The notes beneath the pieces were generated by a model. That model was not told the origin of the DNA, did no database searches, and was given only the letters and a program-made list of their open reading frames with translations. The translations under genes and the position numbers were made by a program. From NCBI RefSeq assembly GCF_006345805.1, contig NC_043010.1:58838001-58902000 (forward strand): 64,000 bases of DNA. The letters are read 5' to 3'. Numbering within the stretch: the stretch's first letter is position 1; each line of letters starts with the position of its first letter. The DNA is from Octopus sinensis. Its lineage: Eukaryota. This document shows, piece by piece, positions 1-12,029 of the stretch.

Positions 1-56
1 CAGAATAGTTTTTTTCCATGGAGAATTGATCCAGTTGTGTGACAGTTCCATATATG

Positions 57-212
57 TTTGTGTACCAAGTTGTATGTACCTAGTTGCATGTGCACCTATT
101 TGAGTGTCAACCTAGCTGTGTTTGTACCTTGTTGTGTGTATTCCTTATTGTGTGAGTACCTGGTTGTATGGATACCTAGTTGTGTGCATACCAGGTTGTG
201 TGTGTACCTACA
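57..212. repeat. Degenerate minisatellite, ~14-16 bp unit (GTTGTGTGTACCTAG-like)
   Basis: About ten consecutive variants such as gttgtatgtaccta, gttgcatgtgcaccta, gttgtgtgcatacca. Confidence 0.7.
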
Positions 213-309
213 CATGTGCATGCCAAGCTAAGTATACATAACTATATATATAAATCTTTATGGTTTCCATATGCATATATATGTACCAATATGTAGAACT
301 CAATGTAAA

Positions 310-324
310 TATGTATATGTATGC

Positions 325-380
<56 letters not shown>

Positions 381-432
381 ATACACATGTATAAGCTCTG
401 TTTCTCTCTCTCTCCCTCCCTTTTTGTATATG

Positions 433-480
<48 letters not shown>

Positions 481-482
481 AT
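310..482. repeat. (TA)n microsatellite block, representative of dozens of TA/CA/TACA/GAT tracts in the window
   Basis: Directly visible; these tracts generate the [12 protein letters not shown] pseudo-ORFs in the ORF track. Confidence 0.95.
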
Positions 483-483
483 G

Positions 484-552
484 TTGGACTTCACAGAAGC
501 AATGACAAAAGGCCGAGACCTCTGGAGATATGCTGTGACTGAGAATACTCAG
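484..552 (+). mobile_element. RTE-type LINE, 3' end of ORF fragment
   Basis: Translates LDFTEAMTKGRDLWRYAVTENT, matching the C-terminus of the RTE copy at 47330-47420 (LGLTKEMTSD...). Confidence 0.7.
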
Positions 553-1689
553 TCACAGCATATGCAGACCACCACAAGGCCAACTTTTGTTGTGCTGGGG
601 TGGTTTGTATGCTTCAGTGCTACTGATAGCCAAACCAGTAAAATGCAAACCACCAATAGGGTCTCCTTTGCAGGACAGGTCAAAAGAGTGGGGCCAGACT
701 AATACGGACCACCTCTTCCCAGGGGTAAAAATGAGTTTGCATCCGGCTGACGCCCACCCACATAGAAAAAAGATAAAGTTACAGATGCATCGCTGATAAT
801 CCCTCTCTTCTAATCCACTCATTTTCCCAGTCATTAACATTATACAGAAATCTGGGGTTCGGTTTCTCTTCCTGCACCCTTTTCTGTCATCCCTTCTTAT
901 CCCCTCCCCCTTACACAATGTAACAAGGTATAACTTGGTGTTGCTTCCCATTGCAGTGATATTTCTCTACTGTTTTTTCCCATAATGCAACATTATGGTT
1001 TGGTTATGGCACCAGGACATACCCCACAAGATATCACTGACATGGCACCAGAACATGATCCAATGATCCCAAATCTCTGTACCTATGAGAATCAGCCATG
1101 TCACTCCACCGCACACCCTCATTCTGGTTAGGAATCGAAGAACATCTTAAACCATTCTTTGGAGGAACCACAACCTGGATGATACTTTTTGCTGTAATAT
1201 TTTCCATGATATTTTCCTTTACTCAGCCACCTCCCATGATACCAACGTATAGTGGTTTCCTAACCCTGATGCCTGAGTCAAACACTCCACCTTTTCAATA
1301 TACTATATTCTTCATATTTCAGCCATATTTGATATTGTCGTGAGGTAGCCATTTCCCTTGTGGGTTTCCCAGTTCCAGCTAAAGGTTCCTCATTGTCCCT
1401 CACATCACTTTCACAGTCACATGAAATATACATTTGTTATAGAAGTGGTTACAATTTTCATCTCATAAACATTGTGTCTGTACTTTAACACACACATAAA
1501 CACACACATGTTAACAAATATATAGAGAGATAAACACGCATACATGTGTTAGTGTGGAAGTTTCTTAATATAAATGCTGCTTTTTCCACAAGCTCAACAA
1601 AGAAACTATCAATATAGAAAAAGTTATCAAGAGTATAAGTAGACATATTCCTAAATTATCTTTTGTCTGAGACACCCTTTAGAATATTA

Positions 1690-2170
1690 ATGCACCGATA
1701 AGATCTGATTTTAAAAGATATCACCTACATCAAACTCACACCTCTGACTAGGATTTATAAGACATGGATGTAGAAAAATCTTGTGGTTCAACCCAACATA
1801 TAGCATGAATGTAGCAACAAACACAGTTGAACTATTTATCACCCAAAGCAATACTCATGTCTCTCAATCACACAGCACAAACTATTCAGTAAAAACCCTG
1901 TAACAATTATAGTTGCCTCACCAATATAGGTTCACAGATATTTAGCCACAATTAATGTATGAGTAGAAGTCCATCTCACAGCAATTATATAACTGCAGAT
2001 CTCCTGAGTATTGTTCCTTTAAACAACAAATGCCTCAAGAACGAGCTGGTATACAGAAGTGATATTCCAGAAATAGACAATTCACTGAAAAAACTTACAA
2101 ATGCCTTCATCAGCTTTAATAACAGAATATCATTCACCTTTTCAATTCTGGTTGAAAAATGCTGATCTTT
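1690..2170 (+). mobile_element. Penelope-like element remnant (RT-endonuclease linker to GIY-YIG N-terminus)
   Basis: Frameshifted motifs RKILWFNPTYSMNVATN (~1772), HKLFSKN..YSCLTNIGS, and NCRSPEYC/PLNNKCLKNELVYRS, typical of PLE WFNPP..S.NV.TN, K.SYSC and CNCR..CPL..CL..VY. Confidence 0.75.
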
Positions 2171-2302
2171 ATAATAAGAAAACCCTTGACACCAGAAAAG
2201 TAACAAGAGTTGTATTAAAAAAGGTTTATCCACCTTTTCAGTGTTAGTACTCGTTTTCCCAAGGTTACAGTTTATACATTACATAAACATATATTTAAAT
2301 CA

Positions 2303-2630
2303 TTATCATCATCATCATCATCGTTTAACATCCGTTTTTCATGCTGGCATGGGTTGGATGGTTTGACTGAGGTCTGGAGAGCCAGTGGCTGCACCAAGCT
2401 CCAATCTGATCTGGCAATGTTTCTACAGCTGGATGCCCTTCCTAATGCCAACCACTCTGAGAGTGTACTGGGTGCTTTTTATGTGCCACCAGCACAGGGG
2501 CCAGTCAGGCAGGCATGGCATCAATCATGTTCAGATAGTGCTATTTACGTACCACCAACACGGGAGCCAGTCAGAGGGCACTGGCATTGGTCACATTCGA
2601 ATGGTGCTTCTTACATGCCACTGCAGTAAA
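2303..2630 (-). mobile_element. RTE LINE 3' UTR/tail repeat ending in (GAT)n
   Basis: catcatc-gtttaacatccgttttcatgctggcatgggttggatgg...gatgcccttcctaatgccaacc; the same sequence is contiguous with the RTE ORF at 46660-47890. Confidence 0.85.
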
Positions 2631-2920
2631 AAATAGACCTCCTGAGCTGTTCTTCGCCAAGTAAATGAGTTAATTATTGGTGAGTTCTGGCTACAGTTAA
2701 AGCCATAGTCAGGACTCGTTTGCTCACCCCTGACAGTAGGCTATCTCTATAGAGGCATCTCTTACATTACAGAAGTGATGTGTTGTGGGAAGATGTTTAG
2801 GACTGCAATGTTTCCATAACACCAGGCCTGCCTATAAATACCTAATGTAAATCTGATTAGAATAACATCATACACACTGTGTCCCAAGACAGATGTTTAC
2901 CATTTCCACTATAAGATATA

Positions 2921-3265
2921 TGTTGTAGTGGAAATGGTACACATCTCTCTTGGGACACTATAAAGTGAGACAATGTCAACCAATCTGGAGAGTCGTGTGT
3001 CAGTCGTTGTAGAGTCATAGAGTCATTGTACGACTTCTCAGTTTAGTGTCAGTTACGTGAGTTCGAGTCACAGTCAAGGTAGATGGTTCAAAGTCCGTGT
3101 CTTGCAGAGCTACTAGCGATAGCACGATAGATGAAGTGGCGTCTTACCATTCCAGTATAGAAGAGAGATACACCGTATCCGATACCAAGGAAACATCATG
3201 CCTACTGGAGGAGATACAACAGCTACAGCCACAACACTGACCACACCATCATAGATGGGGAAAAC
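2921..3265 (+). mobile_element. Possible LTR-retrotransposon LTR plus start of gag (degenerate)
   Basis: TG-start, TATA-like ctataaag, CpG-containing body, then ATG MPTGGDTTATATT; no second LTR or clear PBS found. Confidence 0.3.
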
Positions 3266-3343
3266 AACCACATCATAATGATATACGTTCACACATATAC
3301 ATACGTGTATAGATAGATGCATACATACATACATATATATATG

Positions 3344-3418
<75 letters not shown>

Positions 3419-3421
<3 letters not shown>

Positions 3422-3810
3422 TTATATATAAAAGAAAGGTTGTGTGTCTGTCTACTCCGATTTAGATTCCTAACTACTCCCACATTTTGCAGTGTGGTTT
3501 AACCAAAACCGGGTATCTTATAGTTGTGATTCATATCGAGCCCTTCTGGGTATTAGCGCGCGTCTACGATGAGTCTACGATTTAAAAAATAATTTACCAT
3601 CATTTTTTCCATTTTAATGCATATTTTTTTAAATATAAGGGAAGTAACTCTCTAAAAATGTCTACGTTGAGTCAACGATTTTTAAAAAATTTACCATAAT
3701 TTTTTTTCCATTTTTAATGCATTTTTTGCTATTTTTTGACTATAACTCTCTAAAAATGCTTTATAGTTATTTCCCTTACAAACCCGAGCAATGCCGGGCG
3801 ATACTTCTAG
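3419..3810 (+). mobile_element. Non-autonomous Helitron
   Basis: 5' TC(TTTATATATAAAAG), subterminal hairpin cccgagcaatgccggg (~3783-3798), 3' CTAG at 3807-3810, inserted between A and T; internal ~100-bp tandem duplication. Confidence 0.8.
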
Positions 3811-3817
3811 TATATAT

Positions 3818-3865
<48 letters not shown>

Positions 3866-4095
3866 CATACGTGTATAGATAGATACATGCACAGATATAC
3901 ACATATATATATATATATATAAATATAGATATAGATATATGTGTATGTTTATAGTCAAATGAACATTAAAATAACAATAACAAACAAGGACGTGCACATG
4001 AAGTGTATTAGGTTGATGCTCCCTCTCTCTCTCTTATATATATTATATATATATATATATATATACATATATATCTATTTCTATATGTGTGTGTG

Positions 4096-4140
<45 letters not shown>

Positions 4141-4280
4141 GTTTGTATATGTATATACAATCAATTCAAGGGTGTTATAATTTCATTAGGGATTATATAC
4201 TCCAAGAAATTCCACCAGCTAATCTCTAATCTCTATCATATTATGCGAAAGTCACTTGTATATGTTGGGGATTATTCTAA

Positions 4281-4540
4281 TCTATATATATAAAACACAG
4301 GATGTGTGTCTGTCTGTGTGTTTGCCATGTCGTTAAAACGCAAGATCCACCCAATCAATTTTAATGAAATTTTACACATGCATTACATAAGGTCCATGGA
4401 GTGTCATGAGCAAAACAAATTTTCAACTTCTTGCCTAATGCAGGCCCAGGGGCAGATAAACTGCATTTTCTAAGCATTTTCACAGTGTTAACCCCCGTAA
4501 CTTGAAGAATATCCAGTCGCTTTCCTCCAAATTTGCAACA
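4281..4540 (+). mobile_element. Helitron-like 5' fragment
   Basis: tctatatatataaaac..gtgtgtctgtctgtgtg start resembles the 3419 element; no CTAG end found. Confidence 0.5.
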
Positions 4541-4860
4541 AACATTAATCAGGCTCCTTGAATTGTTGTTGTTTGTTCCTTCTCAAGCCATGCCTGGCTC
4601 ATAAGGGCCAGTTCCCCAATTTCATTGGCATATATGTTCCCCACCTGGACGGGACACCGGTCTTTCGCAGGTGAGCTGCAAGATGCAGGAGGAAAGAGGG
4701 AGAGAAAGTTGTGGCAAAAGAGTCAGCAGAAGTTCACCATTACCTTCTGTGTTGCTCAAGTAAATATTAAAATCAAAGGTCTTCTCTCCGTAAACACCCC
4801 CATCTTTTTGTTAAGCATATTGTATCAAGGAGTATATTATCCAAAATATATCTCTCCTTT

Positions 4861-4985
4861 ATAGGCATGACTGTGTGGTTGAGAAACTTGCTTTCCAACC
4901 ATGTCACCTTGGGTTCAGTCCCACTGTGTGTCACATTGGGCAATTCTCTTTCATTATGGCTCCGTGCTGACCAAAGCCTTATGTA
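4861..4985 (+). mobile_element. tRNA-derived SINE head (family A), truncated
   Basis: ggcatgactgtgtggttgagaaacttgctttccaaccatg...gggttcagtccc with A/B-box-like motifs. Confidence 0.75.
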
Positions 4986-5711
4986 TTATATAATTGCCGT
5001 TACTGTATTTGATATATAAAATAACACATACAACTCACTTATTATTATCATATAATATACAAACAGAAGTCCATGTATGAAATTGATCTTTTTCTAATTC
5101 AATTATTACATATTATTTTTTTCTTATAAAATACACACATACAGAAGGACGAGTAAATATATATATAATAACACATTGAATGTGGCTCCTGAGAAAGAGT
5201 AGAAGTAATTAACCAATCAACGATGGGTATTACTGCTAGTTATATATATTATTGATATTGAAGGAAGCAAAATGGAAAGAATTGGATGTATAAAAAATTT
5301 CTTTGTATGTTAAAAGATGTTGAAAAATTTCTTTTAAAAACATTATAATAGAAATAAATTGATCATAAGTTGTAAAGCTCAAAAAGAATTGTTTTAAAAA
5401 TGGACATAGTTTTCTGTGCTATCTCCTAGTTAATTAGAAATTCTTAGCATTTGGTTAAATGCTAAGAAAAAGTCATATTCTAACTATATATATATATGCA
5501 CACACAAAATATGGGGGTTTAGTTCACAGGTGATTTAAACGATTAGGTATGCTAGGTAAGTGCTGTAAAGGATTACTAGGGCTCCAAGGTTATACCCGAG
5601 ACATCAGTTATGGAGCCATTGGAGATTTCTGATGTAGCGGATATAGAATTGTTAAAGAGGGCAACAGACATCTCAAGTCATATACAATATTATTATTGGG
5701 AACAATTCAAA

Positions 5712-5767
5712 GTCTTGCAGCTGTTTCTGGGGTATCCCAGAGTATGGGATATTCCATCATCAGAGAC
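5712..5767 (-). ncRNA. Type I hammerhead ribozyme motif (minimal, palindromic stem III), U16.1 mutated
   Basis: Minus strand: gtct CTGATGA tgg-aatatccca-tactc-tgggatac-c-cca GAAA cagctg ca agac; stems I and II pair, stem III is the palindrome CAGCTG. Confidence 0.7.
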
Positions 5768-5979
5768 AAATAGGGAAAATGAGAAGGGTATTATAGATTA
5801 ATGATATGACGACATAGAGGAGGACAGGAGTAAAGGAATAAGGAGAGGAAGGAAGAGAAGGAAAAAGAAGCATAAAAGTTCACCGTTCAGCTTTCCAGTC
5901 TTGTAGAAATAAGTCCTTGGGTTCAATCCTGTGTAAATCCAGGTGGGTTAAAGTCCTGACAGTGTAAAATGTATACATA

Positions 5980-6805
5980 CAGGCTGTCCCTAAAGCTACA
6001 ATTTTTAATAACTTCCTTAACTTTACAAATGAATGCATGAAATTTTGTTCCAATATAAAGGACATAATGGAAATTAATATGCACAAAGTCAAATTGTGCA
6101 ACACCACAACATCACATATGGAAAATGACATTGCTTAAATGGCAGCTATTTCCAGCTTTGCACGCTGTTGCTCTTTCCAAAACTTGCACCATAAGACCCT
6201 CAAGAGTTTCAAACCCCATTTCTTTGATTTCTCTATTGATGTTCTCCTTCAGTTGCACCAGAGTCTCTGATTTGTTGCCGTAAACCCTCTCTTTCAGATA
6301 TCCCTGCAGGTAAAAATCTGGGCTAGTCAAGTCTGTGGAACGTGAAGGCCATTCACAGTAGACCTCACACATGGTTCCAACAAGATGGGGGCAACTGCTC
6401 ATACTGCAACATAAACAATGCAGTTGCTATGGCAATGCTTTGAAGAAGGAATAATCTCTCACTACAGAAATGTCAACTGGCTTTCATGTTCCCCAGACTT
6501 GACTAGCTCAGGTTTTTTTCTTGTAGGGATGCCTGAAAGATAGCGTTTACATCAACAAATCAGAGAAGTGGGATCTGAAACTCTTGAAGGTGTTATGGTG
6601 GAAGTTTTGGAAAGAGCACAGGTGTGCAAAGCTGAAAATGGCTGCCATTTAAGCAATGTCACTTTTCATATGTAATGAAATGGTATTACAAAGTTTGACT
6701 CATGCATCTTGATTTCCATTACATCTTTTATATTGTCTCAAAATTTCATGCATTCATTTGTAAAATTAAGGAAGTTATTAGAATTGAAACTTTAGGGACA
6801 CACTG
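5980..6805. mobile_element. Tc1/mariner-derived fold-back element (two transposase 3' ends in inverted orientation)
   Basis: TA-flanked TIRs caggctgtccctaaag / ctttagggacacactg; arms ~5980-6345 and ~6490-6805 are reverse complements; minus ORF WPSRSTDLTSPDFYLQGYLKERVY resembles the WP.RSPDL.P.D..LWG motif. Confidence 0.85.
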
Positions 6806-6829
6806 TATGTGTATATATATATATCAAAA

Positions 6830-7052
6830 CATGGCCAATGCCAGCGCCACCTAAACTGGCTTCCGTGCTGGTGCATGTAAAAAGCACCCACTACACTCAC
6901 AGAGTGGTTGGCATTAGGAAGGGCATCCAACTGTAGAAACACTGCCAGATCAGACTGGAGGCTGGTGCAGCCTCCTGGCTTCCCAGACCCCAGTCGAACC
7001 ATCCAACCCATGCTAGCATGGAAAGCGGATGTTAAACGATGATGATGATGAT
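6830..7052 (+). mobile_element. RTE LINE 3' tail repeat
   Basis: ...gagtggttggcattaggaagggcatcc...catgctagcatggaaagcggatgttaaacgatgatgatg. Confidence 0.85.
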
Positions 7053-7089
7053 ATATGATCCAAAATGTACAGTATTATGTATTCATAAC

Positions 7090-7185
7090 GGCTGATCTTA
7101 CCAATCAGTTTCATGCAATGAATACAATGGAGTGTGTTAGGTAACAACAAACCAATTATATAACCTTACACTCATCAGAGATAGC
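7090..7185 (-). ncRNA. Type I hammerhead ribozyme motif (decayed), family shared with 63220
   Basis: Minus strand: gctatct CTGATGA gtgtaa...ttgcat GAAA ctgattgg TA agatcagcc; a partial inverted copy (3' half, ...ttgcac GAAA ctgatggg ta) follows on + at 7186-7230. Confidence 0.65.
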
Positions 7186-7559
7186 TAACACTCCATTGTA
7201 TTCCTTGCACGAAACTGATGGGTACGATAAGTGTGATGGATATATAATGTTGTACATTTCAGATAATATACCCACTCTTTTAACAGATGAGTGCATCTTT
7301 TCCCTGACTTATGGATGATTTATCCATATGTATATATATATACGCATACCCTTCATTACCTGTTAACTGTAGATCACAGCAGTTTCAGTGTCTTCCGATA
7401 ACATGAAGCCTTTCAATGCCCTCAGGCCTTCAGTGGTGGGAAGTAGCCTTGATGCTACCAGAAAATCTTCTGCTTCATATTGTACTATGCTACTTTTTTT
7501 CCCCTCTTACACATTAAACCCTACCACCAAACCATTGTTGTCCCATTAATCCAAGAATT

Positions 7560-7920
7560 GGTACCTCTTCAACCTGATAAATCTTACCTATTTTTGTTGT
7601 TATGTCATAAATGCCATTCCTTTCATGCCCATCCTAAATCACCTCATATCTCCTCTCCTGCAACTCTCTCACTTTAATACCTGTCCTCCTCTACCATTTC
7701 CTTCTTTATTACACAAGCTACAGTCTTCTTGGAATCCCTTAGCACCATGTGGTAGAGAAATTTTGCCATTTTAGACTCCTCCATCCGTGACATTAATGAT
7801 ACCTGCTATTTTTACACAACACTACACAGCATATTATATCGGAACCAAACCATTTTCACGACAACCTACGAACACAATTTTCCATAAATCCTGCTCTTGT
7901 TAGCAATACCTTTATATACC
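7560..7920 (+). mobile_element. Possible Penelope-like RT thumb remnant
   Basis: Translation FLDSSIRDINDT...ILYRNQT resembles PLE FLD..I....T.VYRKPT; heavily decayed. Confidence 0.3.
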
Positions 7921-8277
7921 TGCAGTGGTTTTGAGGGCAACAATGAGCCACCCTTATGTAGCCCTACACCCTCCCCCCCCATGGCTCCTACATCTTGCAC
8001 TTCATCCCCCTGCCCCTACTTTCTGGCCTTTTTCAGAAATTACTCCTATCTGTCACACCTTACCCCTCCTCCATTTTCATATTTTCCATCAACTACACTC
8101 CCCTCCTTGGTCATCATTCATTATTTTCACATTCACCCTACCCCTAACCAACTGTTAGCCCTCCCCTCACACTTTTATGAAACTACCACCCTCACACACT
8201 TTCTACAGTCTGAACCTTTTCTTATGCCATAATCAGGACTCATTTATTCACCCCTAATAGCTGGTTATCTCTATATA

Positions 8278-8790
8278 CAGGGTGTGGTAAATAAACTGTC
8301 AGCTAAATTATGCTAAAATGAAAATAACACTGACATCTCATTTTAAGATATCTTGAGATCGCCATTCACTTCAACCACAGCTTCCAGACAACTTCAGAAT
8401 CTCCTGCAACTCTTCTGGATGGTCTCCTTGTTTAAGTTGGTAAATGCAGCCATAATCCTTGCCTTCAGTTCATCTTTCCTGTTACAAGGAGTTTTGTTGG
8501 TCTAGATAGTTAGGTGGCCAGATGTTAGGGGTGGCGTGGTTGCAGAAATTGTCTGACAGCCATGATTGGGTTCTCCTGCTTTTGTGGCGTGGTGCAGAGT
8601 CCTGTTGCCTGACATAGGTCTTCCAGCAGCCACCCTCTTGACCCAGGGCAGCACTACCTCCTCCAGGCACTTGATCTAGGCCTTCGTGTTGAGTTGAGGC
8701 TATGTAGGAAGATGAATGGAGGGATAATGTTGCCATCACTAGTGATCACTCCAAACACCATGATGTTGACTGGATGTTTGATTTTTATCA
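8278..8790 (-). mobile_element. Tc1/mariner transposase remnant with one TIR
   Basis: Minus ORF YVRQQDSAPRHKSRRTQSWLSDNFCNHATPNIWPPN (QQD.AP.H and WPPNSPD-type motifs); TA-cagggtgtgg terminus at 8278. Confidence 0.85.
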
Positions 8791-8984
8791 CTCTTGGTAC
8801 ATGTCCTCAGATTGACACCCCAAAATTCTGAAATGTTCCTATTGAAGCTTTCAGCATGAATGCTAAGCAGTACAGCATTTCATTTCCAAATTTCTGGCAG
8901 TGCTGTTTTACTCACTGACGGTGCCCAACTGACCCTACTATACTGTGTAGTCGACAAAATCAAAAACAAACAGTGCTTATGTGC

Positions 8985-9350
8985 GAAATTAAAATTTCGC
9001 ACTGCAATGTTTCCATAAGACCAGGCTTGTCTATAAATACTTAATGTAAATCTGATCAGAGAAACACCAGACACACTGTATTGGTTTTGCTATTAAAACA
9101 TCTGACCGACTTTGCCCTGCTACGTATATAAGACCAGGGCTACCCTCATCCCATTTACAATACCAATATACGACAATACACTATTGCCTATCAGCCAGCT
9201 TTATCTCCTTCCTAGCCACTCAAACCTACTTCTGTATAATGTGGGGTAGCCACACATCTCTTGTGCAGAAAGACACTTGTTGCTGTCTTTGGCCTTTCAA
9301 CGCCAAACATAAAACTACGTCTCTTTTCCAAAAAATCTCCATATTTAATT
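8985..9350 (+). mobile_element. Decayed LINE (RTE-like) endonuclease region; paralogous segment at ~2795-2890
   Basis: ctgcaatgtttccataa.accaggc.tg.ctataaatac.taatgtaaatctgat shared with 2800-2860; weak GFAIK motif. Confidence 0.4.
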
Positions 9351-9419
9351 GTCAGAGATTTTATTTTTGCTTTCCCTTTTTCCTGTTTGCTCTTCTTTTC
9401 TCATCTTGTAAGTGACTTG

Positions 9420-9600
9420 GTGACCCCACAAGTATCACTGCTACATAAAAACCATCCAGTGCACTCTGTAAAGAGGTTGGCATTAAAAAGGGCAGCCAAC
9501 CATAGAAACCATACCAAGGCAGACAGTGGAACGTGGTGCCACCCTGTGCCACACCATATCCTGATAAACCATCGAACCCATGCCAGCAGGGTTAAACAAT
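9420..9600 (+). mobile_element. RTE LINE 3' tail repeat (diverged)
   Basis: gcactctgtaaagaggttggcatt...cccatgccagc...ttaaacaatgat. Confidence 0.7.
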
Positions 9601-9821
9601 GATTATCTATATATATATATATATATAATTTTCTATGTATACACAGACCCAGACATATATACACACACATACACTTCTATATATAAAGGAAATCAGACAA
9701 ATAGATAGATAGTGACATATATTTGATGCTACACAGGCCAGATGTGTTGATAAATAAAAAGAATAGACATCAGATACAAATATGAGTAGACACTCACACG
9801 CTCACACACACACATACACAC

Positions 9822-9885
<64 letters not shown>

Positions 9886-9939
9886 TGCATATATAAATGT
9901 ATGATTATATGTATATGTGGGTATGTATATATATATAAG

Positions 9940-10035
<96 letters not shown>

Positions 10036-10769
10036 GCAGTTCCAATTCTCTGTACACCAACACTGAAGCACTGATGTTATGTTTCCACACAGGAATGGAG
10101 ACATTTTCTAAAAGAAAAATTCTAACTCCAAAATAGAAATATAAGCTTAGCACCACAAGAGAGTTCTTTGAGGTACAGGTCACATGGTCTCACTCACACA
10201 CATACGTACACATGTATGTATATGTATATGTGTCTATGTATGTATATTTATATATACACACACACACACGTGTGTGTGTATGTACATATATACACTCCCT
10301 GAGAAATATATAAACTACAGACACATAGATATTTTCTATATATATGTTTATTTGTCTGACGTTGACATAGGAAAAAATAATTTATCGAGTGTATCTAGAT
10401 GTGTGTGTGTGTCTGTGTGTCCTTGTGTTGGAGAAGATGGGAGAGGAGGGTGTGGAAGTAAGAGGTAATGAGGAAAAGATAAATACAACACCAACACCAA
10501 CAACTGTGGCAGCAACAATGATATCAATGTTAAATGAGGCTCTACATGGTTACTCGACCATGTAGAAATAGCAGCTAAATCTCCTACAAATCACGTCTTA
10601 ATGACTGAAATAAAGAAAGGGCACATTGGCCCTTGTAGTCTTTATATATATATATACACCTAAACCATGATATGATAAGAAGGTGGAGAAGGATTCTTAT
10701 TGTGTTGATGATGATGATAATAATGGGGTGGAGGGAAGGTGGGAGGCTGATGATGGTAAATAACAATGG

Positions 10770-11037
10770 CAATGATGGTGATGATGACGACGATGATGAT
10801 GATGATGACAATGGTGATGATGATGACAATGACAATGGTGATGACGGCGATGATGATGATGATGATGACAATGGTGATGACGGCGATGATGATGATGATG
10901 ATAAAGATGATGACAATGACAATGGTGATGACGGCGATGATGATGATGATGACAATGACAATGGTGATGACGGCGATGATGATGATGATAAAGATGATGA
11001 TGGTGATGGTGATAGCAATGTTGATGATGATGATTAG
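10770..11037. repeat. Compound (GAT/GAC) trinucleotide array with higher-order repeats
   Basis: Repeated gacaatggtgatgacggcgatgatgatgat blocks. Confidence 0.9.
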
Positions 11038-11344
11038 TGATGAAGTCAACGAACGTGATTGTTATGTGGTCGGTGATAATTATATATTGAATACTTTTTT
11101 TCCTGTCTATTAGCACAAACCTTCACCAGCCTTCACACACACACACACACACACACACATGATACACTCTCTACTTTACTCTTAAAAGCTATAAAGACAA
11201 TTTCCTCTAAAATTCCTGATATATATGAATAAACCCCTTCCAGATGAATAAGGTGTTACAGCAAGGGTCTGCTTGATGCTGGACTCCATATCACTTTTCT
11301 TTTAATCTTGGAAGCCTTAGAATTAGACACCAGGATTCTAATAA

Positions 11345-11770
11345 TGGTTTCAAATTTTGGCACAAGGCCAGCAATTTCATGAGGGGCAGGGGTGAGTCAA
11401 TTACATCAACCCCAATATTCAACTGGTACTTATATTATTGACCTCAAAAGGATGAAAGGCAAAGTCAACCTTGGCAGAATTTGAACCCAGAATGAAAGGA
11501 CAGACAAAATGACACAAAACCCAGCATGCTAACCACTCTGCCAGCTGGTCACCTTCATCAGGATCCTAATAATGATTTAAATTTTACCACAAGGACAGCA
11601 ATTCTGGGAAGAGAATGAGTCGACCACATCAACCCCAGTGTGCAACTGATACTTATTTTATCGACCCTGAAAGAATGAAAAGTAAAGTCAACTTTGGCAG
11701 AACTTGAACTCATAACATGGCGATGGGCATTTCATCCAGCATGCTAATGATTCTGCCAGCTTGCTGCTTT
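11345..11770 (-). mobile_element. Two tandem diverged tRNA-derived SINEs (family D)
   Basis: Twice ...gaaaggcaaagtcaacc..ggcagaa.ttgaac.ca...atgctaa...ctgccagc. Confidence 0.8.
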
Positions 11771-11789
11771 TATCAGGCTTCTAATCATG

Positions 11790-12020
11790 CCAGGATATCG
11801 ACCTTATTTTACAACAACTCCTACTTAGTTAAAAAGGAGGCTGTCCCAATATTTAGCACTTATGGGGAGCTACGAGGACACAGAAACTTCCTAATCAGTA
11901 AGCCCGTTCATCAGAGACACTTTCAACTTAGGAACTGCACCCATTGATTAGGACTGTACAGAGATGACAGTTTGGCAATTTCTTATCATGTGGGTGACCA
12001 CAGAGTGTCTAATTTGGGGT
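11790..12020 (+). mobile_element. Penelope-like RT core remnant
   Basis: LFYNNSYLVKK, MGSYEDTETS*SVSPFI (cf. MGSYDGAE.CELVGLFI) and GLYRDDSLAI (YRDD catalytic motif). Confidence 0.8.
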
Positions 12021-12029
12021 AGGTCATAT

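Noticed and set aside
5143-5188. 46-nt minus-strand exon with good AG/GT signals
   Set aside because: Contains a TA microsatellite, is not frame-preserving and is likely chance
8895-9002. Possible HDV-like ribozyme and 10-bp hairpin upstream of the LINE remnant
   Set aside because: Too little sequence between the P1 strands to form P2/P3; the hairpin is probably incidental
10672-11113. Asp-rich ORF resembling acidic shell-matrix proteins
   Set aside because: Pure GAT/GAC repeat, open in several frames on both strands, with no signal peptide or splice context
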